A stretch of DNA of 59,242 nt, the filler included, from Bipalium vagum (taxonomy: Eukaryota): NCBI GenBank assembly GCA_037834085.1. It is 3 parts of 3 records of this genome, joined end to end, with 100 filler letters (N's around TTAATTAATTAA, not from the genome) between each part and the next. Parts side by side here need not be neighbours in the genome. Positions count along the whole stretch, not along the records: positions 38,388 to 59,242 come from JBBMKC010245242.1; 2 more parts are not named here. One strand, given 5' to 3'. This document shows positions 38,674 to 51,540 of the stretch, piece after piece; within the stretch, counting starts at the first letter, position 1; every line of letters begins with the position of its first letter. The notes under the pieces are model-generated. The model was not told the DNA's origin, ran no database searches, and saw only the letters and a program-made list of their open reading frames with translations. Both the position numbers and the translations under genes were made by a program.

Positions 38674-40140
38674 CCAGGTGTTCAAGTTAAAAGTTCATAA
38701 ATAAAAGCTTAATATTTATTATGCTGTAAAGTTTTATTGAAAATAAATTTATTTGGTCGAATAACCTTTATTGCGGATTTAGTAAATCCGGCTTTTTATA
38801 TAAAATTATGTTGTTTAAATGCATAAATAATGACAATAAATAAATGTACGTTTAAAATTATATTTTATTTTTATACATGCCTTACATATTATCAAAATCG
38901 GATAAAATTAAGCTGGTAGAGCTAATTTTTAAAATTGAGAGTTTCGCTGAAACTCAGAGAAAATTTTCAACCGAAAAAATATAAAACGAAAGAGTGATAC
39001 GACTTCAGTACAGCAAATAAGAAAAATTATTTTTAAATTCCAGCAAACTGGTTGCATTAATAAAGATGACAATGTGCGATTTCCTAGAGCTTCAGAAGAG
39101 AAACGAAAGGATATTGATACTGTTTAATACCAGATGAAAGCAGAGGGAACTTCTACGAGGATAAGGAAACTGAGTTCTGCTTCAGGTTCCTCTATTGGAT
39201 TAGTTCACACGTATCTCAGACGTGAATTGAAATTATTTCCCTATAAAGTCACAATTGGGCAGTCTCTATCAGACAAACATAAGGCAAATCGTTATGCCTT
39301 TTGCAAACGGATGATGTCAAATATATCCAAGGATGATACATTTTTATCCCGAATTGTATGGAGTGACATTCAATCTCAATGGATGAGTGAACAGACAAAA
39401 TCTTCGATTTTGGGGGACGCAAAAGCCCAATAATGTGGTTGAATACTCAGCAAAGGTCAACGTATTCATTGCGATGTCTTCTTCCTTTCTTATTGAACCT
39501 TATTTCTTTGAGGATAATGGCAATAGTCAGACTATAAATTCGGAACGATATTTGGATATGCTTATTCACTCTCTTATTCCGAGTCTCAAATCAATGCCGA
39601 GATTTAACCGTTTAATTTTCCAACAAGATGGTGCTGCTCCCCATATTGCCAAACAAGCAAGAGTATTCTTGTAAAACAATTTTGGTTCTGGAAAAAAAAT
39701 TTCAAGAGGATTTCCTAACGAATGGTCTGCCCAAAGCCCTGATCTAATACTCTTGGATTTCTGGTTATGGTCATTCTTGAAAGAAAAAGTTTATCCAGGT
39801 TGCAATCGCCCAAATAGTCGTGAAATACTGAAAAAACGTATCATCCAAGCTGTACAGATTGTGACAGAAATTAACCTTCAAGAAGCCGTGGAAAATGTCA
39901 CTCATTGGCTGGAAGCATGCTTAGAAAATGAGGGTGGACACTTTGAATAAAAATATGATTTATGTACATATCATATTTGTAACTATTTTGATAAAATACA
40001 ACAAATCTTGTAATTCAACTTAGTTAAAAAAATAAATCCGCATATTTGATCTTTATGAAAATGTAAAATTTTCATGAATTCATTACCTGTAGGAAGTTTG
40101 AGCAATCTTTTATTTATGAACTTTTAACTTGAACACCCGG
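38674..40140 (+). mobile_element. Full-length DD41D-like (rosa/Visitor) Tc1/mariner transposon with a disrupted transposase
   Basis: 34-bp TIRs CC(A/G)GGTGTTCAAGTTAAAAGTTCATAAATAAAAG with 1 mismatch and TA TSD. ORF remnants from ATG ~38877: LKLFPYKV, IVWSD, NRQNLRFWG, FQQDGAAPH, WSAQSPDLILLDFWLW, EGGHFE. Confidence 0.95.
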
Positions 40141-40193
40141 TATTTATCCAGATATTTAACAAAGCTCACACGAAATAGAAAGTTATATTACTA

Positions 40194-40414
40194 TTGGGTT
40201 GTTCGAAAGTCACTTCGCACTTTTTACTAAAAATTTAAACCAAAATTTTTATTAGTAATAAACATTTTAATCAATGTATTGCCCTTTTTGTTCCAAGACC
40301 TTCTGATATCTACCAGGCAATTTGAATATCCAAACCTTTAAAATGTTTTAAGTGCTTTAAATTAAGATTTAAAGATAATTATAAAAAAGCGAAGTGACTT
40401 TCCGAAAAACTGAA
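40194..40414 (-). mobile_element. Mariner-derived MITE (~220 bp)
   Basis: TIRs TTGGGTTGTTCGAAAGTCACTTCGC / GCGAAGTGACTTTCCGAAAAACTGAA with TA flanks. Retains the transposase C-terminus IFKLPGRYQKVLEQKGQYID* on the minus strand. Confidence 0.82.
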
Positions 40415-43113
40415 TATTAGTTCAATTATTGATGAATTAGACAGAATTAAAATAAAAATTTTAATAACTAAAAAGTTTCTCATATATTAAGATTGATTCT
40501 TTATTAAAAATTGGTTGTCTTTTTATTAATTAAAATTATTTTTCAATTTTCATGAACTTCTATTTTTTAATTGAAACACAAAAAATTAATTTGACTTTTA
40601 ATATTTTTTAATTTTATTTTTACTAATAGAATTTTTTAAAAAATATTTTGATTAGTACTGTTACTATTTTATTTGCAATTTTAGGAATAATATTTTTTTA
40701 ACACGTTTATTTGTTTTTTAAAAAAGTATTTTAAGGTTAAAAGATTTGGAAAATGATGAAAATTAAATATATAAAAAATATGAAAAATTATTCTGGGTTT
40801 TTAGAAATAAAAATTTAAAGTTTAAAAATCCGGATAAATTATTTTATTTTAAAGTAGACGCGAACCTGAGATTTTTGGAATTTAAGAAATTTTGAAAATT
40901 AGGGTACATTCTTTTTAAATCAATATTGATTTCTATAAATTATTTGTCAGTTTCATTACATTAAGTTCTCTTTCGAAATAGGTTGAAAGAAGAATAAGTA
41001 AAAATATCCAGAATTTACCTGGGGGGGGGGGTAATCTAACCAAGAAGACATTTTTATAATATTAGCAACACTTATCAACACCAAGGAAATGCGAATGAAA
41101 TGTATTAAAAAAAACGTAGATAATTATAAAAAAGTCTCATCAAATAGTACTAAGGATATATACTGAATATATTCTTCAATTAAAGTTATTACAGTTTTTT
41201 CAAAAAAGCTAATTTCAACAAATGAATTGTTATACTTTTTTTATCCACAGGATCAATTGGTGAATTTTACAGATTAATAGTAATAATTCCATTGATCTGA
41301 TGCATTAATTAGAAACGAACTCTAATGTTAATTATTTCTATTTAATTAATAATATTTTAAGGATTACTAAAAATGTAGTGAGTCCAAAGATGAATTATTG
41401 CCAATAGAAATGCAAAACCTAAGATCTTAAGAAATTTTTGTTGTCGAAAGAATTGATTTATCAATTATTCTCGGTTTAGGATTTTGAGATAATATCTTAT
41501 TTTTAATCTTTATGTTTTTGTGTGAAAAAGTACAATAAGATTCAGTATAATTAATATTTTAATATATTCATTTCGAGTTAACTGATCCAAATTGTTATGT
41601 CATTTTCTGTAATGAGTTTAGTGATCTGATAATTTTTTAATCTGAAGGTTTCTGATTACCATCTGATCGTCCTGATTTTCTAAACGTCTGACTAAAGCAT
41701 AAATTCAGTGACTGTGGTCTCATAAGTCTCATGAATTAAAAATCGCTCTGAATTATTTTAGAAAATCAATCAAAATTTATTTTCCCATATGTCTCATACA
41801 AATCAAAAACACTTTTCTATACAATGTTAACAGAGCTTGAATCAATTCTTTCGAATTAAAAAAAAGAAAAGTGGAATAAATTCGTTTAATTATTATTTAT
41901 GAGTTTTCATTTGTTTAAATGCAGTCATTATTCTGGTAACTTTAATTCATGTTTTAATCAGGTTAATTTTCTATTGATCGAATTTAGCTATCTTTTTAAA
42001 GCTTTTAATAATTGCATTAAATTCAGAAATTTAAGGTTTGAAACCAGCAATGTTTCAAAACATAGATATAATTTTTAAAATTAAAAATTAGATAATTGGT
42101 TAAAAATAATAAAAAAATGTGGAGGATGTTACCAATATTATCTTTAGATATGTATTGAGTTTATTATTTAATATTATTTTTCAAAAATTATACTTGAAAT
42201 AATAAACGATATTATCACTTTAATTTAAATTTTCTGTTTAAAATTAAAATAATAGATAAACCTTAATTTAAAAAAATATTCAAATTTTTTGATTTTTATA
42301 TTAAAATGTATAGATTAATTCAGAAAAAATTCTTAAATTCTAATTTATGCAAAAAATTATTATTTATATGAAAATTAATCATTTCAAAATTCAAGTCTTA
42401 TTAAGAAAATCATAATTAAACTATGTTAAAAACAAAATTGACATTAGTCTTCAAAGCTGAATCAGAAAAATTAAATTAATTTTTTTAAAATTTAAAATCA
42501 TTTTTTTATGTAACATAAAGATGTTTTGATTTTAAAAAATTATATTTTTTGAAAATATTTTTTCTGCTTTAATATTATTTTTTTTAGAAAAATATATTTG
42601 GAAATTTGGATTTTTATATTCTTGAAACTTATTTCATAAAAAGTAATGAAAGAATTTTCTTAAAAATATATTCATTATTTATAAAAAAAATCAATGTTTC
42701 TTAAATGATAAAATATTCCAATTAATTCTACCTCAGTTCTGATAAGGTAAGTCTTAAAGTATTTCCAATGCTTGCACTGAGGATTGATTAATGTCTTATT
42801 TAAGTCTCATGGGTAGGAGAATTAGTTGAAAATTCAACTGACCCAGAGATGCTTTCTTTAACTTAAATTATCATGAGCCAAACATCTTAATGGTATTTAT
42901 TTTTAAAACTTTTTAACTCAGCTTTCTTGGTAATATAATTTTTTTATTATATTTATTAAGGATAGTATATATCGTAGCCCGTATATTAATTTGGTTTTGT
43001 TTAAATTAAATTAAAATTGTTTTTAATTAGATTTTCGTGTGTAAAATTTTCAGTAAGATGCTTAATAATTAAAAATAATAAATTTTAAAAAATATTTTAC
43101 AATTGCATATTTT

Positions 43114-43179
<66 letters not shown>
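43114..43179. repeat. (AAT)n microsatellite
   Basis: About 21 perfect units. Confidence 0.95.
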
Positions 43180-43181
<2 letters not shown>

Positions 43182-43289
43182 AAAATATATTGGTAAATGT
43201 TTTCAGAATTAAATTCTAATGCATTAGGTTGTTTGGATATTTACTAAGATTTTTCATGCTATCATATTGCAATAACTGATAATATAATA

Positions 43290-43757
43290 TACATAATAGA
43301 TCCCGGCTTTTGATCACGAATGTTTCGCTTGGGCGTCGATGTAGAAGTATGGCCGAGCTCTCTCCACGATCTTTTTCCTTAGGATTACTGTAGTACATCC
43401 ATTTTTAATCGCCCGTTACGACACAATGCAAGAAAGATTTTCGTCTTTGACGTTGAAGCAATTGTTTACAGATACACAAATGATGTTCTACGTCTCTCGG
43501 TCTCAATTCGTATGGCATCCATCTTCATAGTTTCTGAATCATTCTCATGAATTGTAAATGTTTGCCATGGTAGAACGATCGACTCTCAATGATATTGACA
43601 TTTGGTCTTGTGTTTGACATGAAACTTGGCTGAGCAAAGTCTTCAATTCTTCATGATCAAACTTTTTCGGGCGCATAAATCGATCATCGTCCTTGATGTT
43701 GAAATCATCATTTTTAAACCGATGAAACCATTCAAAACATTGTGCTTTTGACACCAT
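43290..43757 (-). mobile_element. Mariner (Mos1/mauritiana-like) internal fragment
   Basis: CFEWFHRFKNDDFNIKDDDR..RPKKFDHEELKTLL, WMPYELRPRDVE, FLHCVVTGD*KWMYYSNP. Confidence 0.9.
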
Positions 43758-44740
43758 TTTTCCATTATTACTTTTTTGATTGTTTCCTCATCTTGTTTCA
43801 TTATCGACGTTAATGAAATATAGTTGCTATACTGATCTATAATAGCTAGTATGTATCGTTTTTTTCGAAAAGTTTCTTTTAACGGAGCACAAATATCAAT
43901 ATATATATTTTCAAATGGCTCATCTGCTGATAATTTCATTGTATCTTCTTTCGTTTTTGTTGTGACTACTTTATGTGTTGACAGATTTCACATATTTTTA
44001 TTACTTCGGCTGCTGTCTCTCTCAGGTTTTTCATATCGTACAAATCAGTTGTATACTTAATAACTTTTTCGCTCCCAGCATGTGTTCGAGATCTGTGAAT
44101 CTCTTCCACTAACATTCGGCTCTTGATTTTTGGAATCCATATATTTCCTTCGAACGTTTTGACCAGACCATCTTCCAAGCGGAAATAAGATGTAATTCTC
44201 TTTTCAATATCTTCTTTAATCTGATTGATTTCATTTTCATTATTCTGCTATTTATATACTGCCTCTTCGTTTATTGTATTTATTGTCCTGATCTTCCTTT
44301 TTTCTGTTTTTGGCTCTTCATGAATCATCATACACTGAGATCATGTACCGCAAGTTTTTCTCAATAAAATGTCTGCATTCGTGTGGTCAATTCCTTTTCT
44401 GTATTTAAGCTCTATATCTAGATTGCTGAGATAGTTCATCCACGTCTGAAATTGTGGTGCTATTGGCTTTGTCGTTTTGAACATGAATTCTATTGCCTTG
44501 TGATGGGTTCTCACCAGATTTTTTTCCATACAAGTAATGCTTCAAGTGGTTACAGAAGTAATAGATTGCTAACAGTTCCTTTCTTGTGATGCAGTATTTT
44601 TTTCATGACTGTTCATTGCATGTGATTCGTACGCGATCACTCTCTCTTTTCCATTATCGTCTGTCTGTGACAACACTGCTCCAATCGCTTAAAAACTGGT
44701 GTCAGTGTCTAATATAAACGTTCTTTTAATGTCTGGAATG
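43758..44740 (-). mobile_element. Gypsy/Ty3 LTR retrotransposon pol fragment (RNase H and integrase)
   Basis: FILDTDTSF*AIGAVLSQ, YCITRKELLA, YRKGIDHTNADIL, HHCC zinc finger (IH...HAG...CEICQ), integrase core PFENIYIDICAPL...YILAIIDQYS. Confidence 0.93.
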
Positions 44741-45006
44741 TATTTATATTATATTATTATATTTTTTTGTATTTTTAATTATAGAAAATCTATGTTACTA
44801 TTTTTAGAATTCATCTTAAAATTATTTACTATAAATTTATTTATAGAAATATTTATTGTAAAAATTATTTATAGTAACTTTATGTAACTGACCAATTTTT
44901 TTCCCAATATTTTATAAATTAATCATCAAAATGATTATCTTTTTAATTAATTATAAATATAATAATGATCTTTTATATTTTATATTATTTTTACTATAAT
45001 TTTATA

Positions 45007-45557
45007 CTCCCTCCGTTCGGAAATATGGTATACATTTGCGAAAAAATAAAATAAACCAAAAAATGTACATGACAAGTATATTATATTAACTTTATTTGAA
45101 ACATTCTAATTGAATAAGAATTATTTTTTTCACTCGAAATTTGATTTGGCTTTAACGGTTAGCGTGGAAACTAGAAACGCAGTAGCAATTTCATTGATTG
45201 CACCGTGTTTTAGCTTAATCTCCTTCATCTGTTGTAATAATTTTTCTAATATACCTTGACGTTGTTCTTTGGTTAATGGTTTATATTTGGACTCCCTTCT
45301 TTCTAAGTTTAACAAATTTCCTTCAGAATTTTCCATATTCGTCTTGCAGCGGTATTAATTTTATTTGTCTCAAGAAACACTGATGTTTGAGCGTTAAGTT
45401 TTTAACTAAGAATGATATTGCTTACGTCAAATATTTCAGGTTATATTGTCATGAGTATTTACTATAACAATGTAATGACAGTTGCCAATTTATTTTTATA
45501 ATCACGATAATCTACGATTTTTGTTGAAATGTTTACCATAATTCCGGACGGAGGGAG
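45007..45557 (-). mobile_element. Stowaway/DD39D (plant-mariner, Guest)-type deleted element
   Basis: 31-bp TIRs CTCCCTCCGTTCGGAAATATGGTATACATTT / CTCCCTCCGTCCGGAATTATGGTAAACATTT with TA TSD. Internal ORF 45130-45336 LTKEQRQGILEKLL...KLKHGAINEIATAFLVSTLTV resembles the N-terminal HTH of DD39D transposases. Confidence 0.85.
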
Positions 45558-45774
45558 TATTTCATATTTTATTTTATATTTTAAACAGATAGAAAGAAAA
45601 ATTAATTAAACTCTGGGTTTTAACTCTACATAAAAATAAAAATTATATTTACATAAAATTCTATTTGAAAATAACACAAAAACAAATATATAAAAGAACA
45701 TAAAAAACACTAAAACGCTATAATGTTTTTCAGAGTAAAGAATAATCACTATATTTTCATCTATTGTTATTTTG

Positions 45775-46486
45775 TAGAGAATTTGGGATCGGGCCTGGAA
45801 GTCTCCACAACTCTTTCAATTCTTGGAAGGCTACATATTAATTCGGTCCATATTAATTTTTCATTGTTCTTCCCACACAATTGTTCTAACACTCTTGACT
45901 TTTTTGCATACCCATTGATAAAATTGAAAGCTTCTTAAATTTTTTACGCATTTTGGCCTCTCGAAGGTTCTGATTACCTCAATTTTCGCTGGGTCGGTCT
46001 TGATTCCTTGTTTGTCAATTAGATGTCCTAGAAATTTGACTTCTGCTCTTAGGAGATGGCATTTCTCTGAATTCACTCTAAGTCCTGCTTCTTTTATCCT
46101 CTTTAGCACTTCATTTAATACGGCGTAATGATGTTCTATATCCTTTGTGTAAATCATAATATCATCTAAATAGACCATCGTATTTTTCAAATTTCTTAAA
46201 ACCTTTGTCATTAACTCTTGAAAAGTTCCCGGAGCAGCGGCTATACCAAAAGGCATTCTTGTGAAGCAAAATTGTCCTTCTTTTGTCGAAAAACCTGTTT
46301 TTCTTGTGAATCCGTCATCAATTCAACCTGGTAGTTTGCATTACCCAAGTCAATCGTGTGAAAATATTTAGCTTCTTCTAATCTATTCAGTAGATTCTCT
46401 ATATTTAGAATCGGAAAAGCCTGACGCTCAGTTTTATGAAGTCCAGACATAATCTGACATCTTTTCTTTCTTTTTTCCAAACGCAA
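45775..46486 (-). mobile_element. Gypsy/Ty3 reverse transcriptase fragment
   Basis: AFPILNIENLL, YFHTIDLGNANYQV, MPFGIAAAPGTFQ, YLDDIMIY, GLRVNSEKC, VKFLGH. Frameshifted. Confidence 0.95.
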
Positions 46487-48052
46487 ATTAGAAGCTTTTA
46501 TATTATTTGATGATGAAAATATAAATGTCGAGATTTCGATTGGATTCTTTATAAATTAAAAGAAGATGAAAATAAGAACAAGGATTTTAAAACCAGAAAA
46601 CAATTATGTTTTTAAAATAAATTTCTAAAAGAATTGCGATTAAAATTACATTTTTTATTTTTACAATTTTTAAATAGAATTTTTTATAACATACAAAGAG
46701 AACATTTACAAGCAAAATAAATATAAATCAAGTAATTTTTTATGGAACAAAAAAAATTAATGAAAAGAATCAAAGATGAGAAATCTATAAAAAATATGAA
46801 TTATTTATCAAGACATTGTGAAGAAAGAAATTTGATAAAAGAAACAAAACAAAATTTACAATTATTTAATGTTCTTAATAAACCAATTTTATTTCTTTGA
46901 TTTTAGAGAAACAGAATTTGATTTTTTAAAAATTTGTTTGTTTATTCAAGATATAATAAATTGTAAGAGTTCAAGTTAATAAATAACATTATCCTTTAAA
47001 TTCACTTCAATTTAAAGAGAGTAAAAATAATGGAACTTAATTAAATTATGTAAAAGATTGTAAATATTTAAATACAAATCCACAATTAAGTTTGTTAGAA
47101 TTTCAAAATTTATATTTTATATGTTGTCTTGATTTAGTAGATCTACTTGAAAATTTATCTTTAAATAGAACTACGATAACTTAACATATTTTAAAAGAAA
47201 AACTTTTATAGGAAAAATAAATGTTGTTTTATTATAGGAACAGTTTATAGAATTAAAAATAAAAGAAATAAAATGTTTAATATTGAAACTAAAACGAAAC
47301 TTGTATAAATTATAGATAATTAGAATTTAAGATATTATTTATTAATTCTTTCACAATATTCATCTTAATAAAAATTGACTAATGTTATAATGAATCACCA
47401 TATCAATATAAAGATAAATTTTATAATAATGAAAATAATATTAATGGTATTCCAGAAGAATCAGATTTAAAATTTTTACATATAATCAGAAATAATATAA
47501 AAATTAGGAAATTGAAATTCACCATTACATTTCTTTTGAATATAATAGTCTTATTGTTTTAATCTTTTGTTGAAGCTTCTAGAAATTATCTTTATTTTCA
47601 TTTCCTTTTAGTTTATCAGGTCTCCATCCAAATATTACTCCATTATTATTTTCATTATCAAACATTAAAATATTACTTATTGAATTTGAGGTTCCCAAAT
47701 TTTCTATTGATTTTACTCCTGTGATTTTAATTTTACAATTTTATTTGACAATAAATTTGAAAATAAATTATTCTGCAAAATTATATTTATTATTATTGTC
47801 TTTTAATTCTATTTCAAAAACCAATAAAGTCTCCATTAAATTAAAATCATTTCTGCGTGTAATTAATAAAATGCTACACTCATAACTTTAGAGATTAAAT
47901 GAATTGTTAATGTAAAATGATTAATGCAGCAGTTTGTTTACCATTTTTTATTTACAAAATCAAAGAGAACAATCACACATTGACAAATTATACTTCATCA
48001 TGACAAAATAAGTTCTCATACGAACATTCATTTCACAGCCACCACAAATGTA

Positions 48053-49283
48053 TTAATTTGTAAAGAAATTAATGGGGGTTTTTATGACTTTATTCTTGCC
48101 TTTTAAATTGTTAAATGAAATTTTGTTTAATTAATATAAGTTTGTTTATATCTTAAAGATAAATATTTTATAAAGGTAAGTCAACAAAAATTTCTAATAA
48201 AGAAAAATTATATAAAATCTTTTAGGCATTGGTAAACGAGATGAACTACATCCAAATCAGAATAGTGTTTCTTTATGAATACAAAATGAGTGGTAATTCT
48301 GGACAAGCCGCTCGAAATCTGAACCGTATATTTTGAGAAGGTATGACTAATCAACGTAGCGCTTAACGCTGGTTTCAGAGATTTAAGAATGGAGATAAAT
48401 ATATATAATATGAAGATGGTCTTTGACGAAAAATGTTCATCTAAAATAAATATTTGAACTCACTGGTTGAGAGTAATCCACAAACAAATGTTCGAGAGCT
48501 TAGGTATTTCAGGTATGACTGTTTCCAATCATCTGCGAGAAATAATAGAAAAGTCCAAAAAACACAACAAATGGGTTCCACACGATTTGACAGAAAAGCA
48601 AAAATTTTGTCGTTTTGAGATGTTGTCAGTACTTCTTTTGCTCAAATAAAAATGAACCTTTCTTTTGTGACATCTGATGAGAAATGATTCCAATACGACA
48701 ACCGCCGACGTTCTCAGCAGCGGTTAGATCGACATGAACCTCCTAAGCCTAAGTTGCACCGACGTAAGGTTTTGGTGCCTGTTTGGTGATGTTCCACTGA
48801 TTTGATCCATTTTAAATTCGTGAAATGTGGTTAAAAAATTATCGCCAAAATATGTTGTGTGGAAAAATTGAAATGTATATAACCAGCCTTGGTCAATAGA
48901 AAAGGCCTATTGCTTCTCCAAGGTAACACCAGACCACAAGTCGCGCAATCTATCATACAAAAATTGAACCAGCTTGATATTGAAATTCTGCCTTACCAAA
49001 CCTACTTACTGGACCTCTCGCCTACTGATTATTATTTCTTCAAACATTTGGAAAAGTTCTTCAGCTAGCGAACCTATCACAATGATGATGTGTCATTAAA
49101 GCCTTTGAAGATTTCGTCACATCTAGAACTCCAGATTTTTATCGAATCTGGATAAATAAGCTTGTGACTCGTTGGGAGAAATGTGTACAGTGTAATGGTT
49201 TTGATCAATAAAATTTTTTAAAGCTGTGATTTGTTCATATGAAGTTCACTGTTAAAAACCACCATTTATTTCTTTACACCTAA
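48053..49283 (+). mobile_element. Full-length decayed mariner (DD34D)
   Basis: TIR pair TTAATTTGTAAAGAAATTAATGGGGGTTTT / AAAACCACCATTTATTTCTTTACACCTAA with TA flanks. Motifs LYEYK, RWFQRFKNGD, WVPHDL, VTSDEK, LQGNTRP, DLSPTDYYFF, LVTRWEKCV. Confidence 0.92.
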
Positions 49284-49319
49284 TAGAATTAAGAACACAA
49301 CCTGCATTCACATCGTGAT

Positions 49320-49565
49320 TTCTTTTTATTCCAACCATCAAAAAGAAATTACGCATTAAGCGTTTTCATCGACGTATCGCAAAATTCGACGTATTGGTAT
49401 TTGAAGTTTCAACTTTAGAATGATAAAAATGTTTCGAAAATTAATTCGACTGCATGCAAAAGTGTATTGACTTTGAAGGCCATTATTTTGAAAATAATAT
49501 ATTTTTGCTTTAGTTTATTTTTTTAATGTACTAGATTCTACAAACTTTCCAAGCAACCCATCTTA
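49320..49565 (+). mobile_element. Mariner 3' fragment
   Basis: MQKCIDFEGHYFE C-terminus and TIR-like AAACTTTCCAAGCAACCC. Confidence 0.6.
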
Positions 49566-50796
49566 TACTGTTTAATATTATTTAAAGTATTTTTCTTAAT
49601 ATTTTATGTTTCACTTTAAGAATTTTTAAAAATAAAATTTGATAAAAAAATATATTAAATTTGAAGAAATGACTGTAAAATACTTAATTAAAATCAAATA
49701 TGGAATTGAGTTGTTCATGTATTTTTATCACAAGAAAGCAGTATCTGAAGAAAATAAATTAGATATTCTTCATATGAGGAATTGCCAAGGATGGTTTATT
49801 GGTTTCAATGCTTAAAATTCTAATTGAAGAGGGGCTTCTATATCTGTAGGTTAATGTAAATAATAGTTTGCTGTTTAAGACTGCAATCGAAAAAATCGGC
49901 AAACTCTTGATGAAATGATTGAAAAAATGAAAGATTGATTTCACTTCGAGAATTGTTTACTATCACTGGAAAAATAAATATTCACTGGGTAAACATGATG
50001 ATAATTGGAGTCACCGCCCACCAGGACAACGAACACAAAGCACTATAAGGAAGATAATCAAAGAAAATAAGAATAACTTATAAAAATAACTTCTTTCTTC
50101 ATGCAGGTCAGACATTATATTGTATTGCTTAATGCAATATTTCCTAGTTGGAAACTATTTCGTTCTTATGAAGATATTAATATTGACAACCACGATTTTC
50201 GATATCAGACAAGAGAAGTTTAGAAAAGAAATTGTTTTTTCATTAAATTAACATTGCGAAATCAAATGTTGATCAGGTATTTTATGAACATCTCTGTTCC
50301 GAGTACTTTTTATACTTACAATTTTGTTAAAGAAGATATCACTTTCAAAATGACTGAATAATTATTATCATATTGAAATAAAAAAAAATAAAAATAATGA
50401 GAAATATGATAATAGATTTGTTGAATTAGAACTCTCAAGTGATTAAAGTATGAGTTAGGCTGTCGAATTAGTCGGTATATAAAATATCTAAAACTTATAA
50501 TTAATAATAATAATATTATTATTATCAATAATAATTATATTAATAATAATATTAATAATAATATTAATAATAGTATTAATAATAATTATTAATTGTTCGA
50601 TTTTAAGTTTTAACACAAAATAATGAATAAATAAATAAATAGTTCCAGGTCTATGTATTAATCCAAAATCTTATAATGATTTGTATAAATGGTTTAATTA
50701 TAACAAATATTAATATGAAGCATCTTCTACTTTATTTGATATTTTACATCTAGATTTATAAGAGGTTTTAGTTTTGGCTAATTTTTCAATGAGTAT

Positions 50797-51283
50797 TTAA
50801 ACAATATCATCATGATTATTGTTCATATTAGTATTGTTACTCAAAGTATTATTTCCAACCAGAGTTCGAGAAGTTTTCATATCTGAATCTAAGGAAGATC
50901 TCAAAATCCAAGCTGTGTTTTTTAAATCATCTGATTCATTTAATCTTTTGTGACGATAAATGTGCCAGAGTTCAGTTGTCAAATCTGTAACAATAACTTC
51001 TCCGATATTTGAACCGATCAGTTTTAGGATAAAAACAACATCCGGCTTGAGATAATGGAGAACAAATTGTCTACTTGCACTAAGATCAGTGTCTTTAAGC
51101 ACTCCACTGATGCGAAGTTGTTGCCTGATAAATCTGATTCTTCTTCTTAAAGATAATATTTGACTTGACCATGAAAGAATGCTCATAAAATTAATCACTC
51201 CCAGCAATACGTGCCAAAACCACAGAAAAATGAATATCTTTTCCAAAAACATGTTCATTGGCAAAACACATTGCAGGGTATAC
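50797..51283 (-). CDS. Innexin (gap-junction protein), terminal coding exon
   Basis: YTLQCVLPMNMFLEKIFIFLWFW is the second-extracellular-loop/TM4 signature. FVLHYLKPDVVFILKLIGSN.G.VIV.DL..ELW is the conserved C-terminal block. Acceptor tctatttttcattttag|G at 51284/51283, TAA at 50797, AATAAA on the minus strand at 50731-50736. Confidence 0.95.
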
Positions 51284-51540
51284 CTAAAATGAAAAATAGA
51301 CATTTCTTTTTAAAAATCGTAAAAAATTATGAAATCTAATTAAAAATAAATTGCAAAGAAAATTAAAATCATTTTTATAAATTCAAATGTTTTTATGGTT
51401 TATTACTAGGTCGTCCAAAATGTTTACGGAGCATCCCAGCATTACGACATTGATGTACTAAAAATTTTAAAAGAAACATTTGGACCGCACAAGATCATTC
51501 TGCATATTCATTTTTCAAAGTTGTCAAATTAAGATTAATA

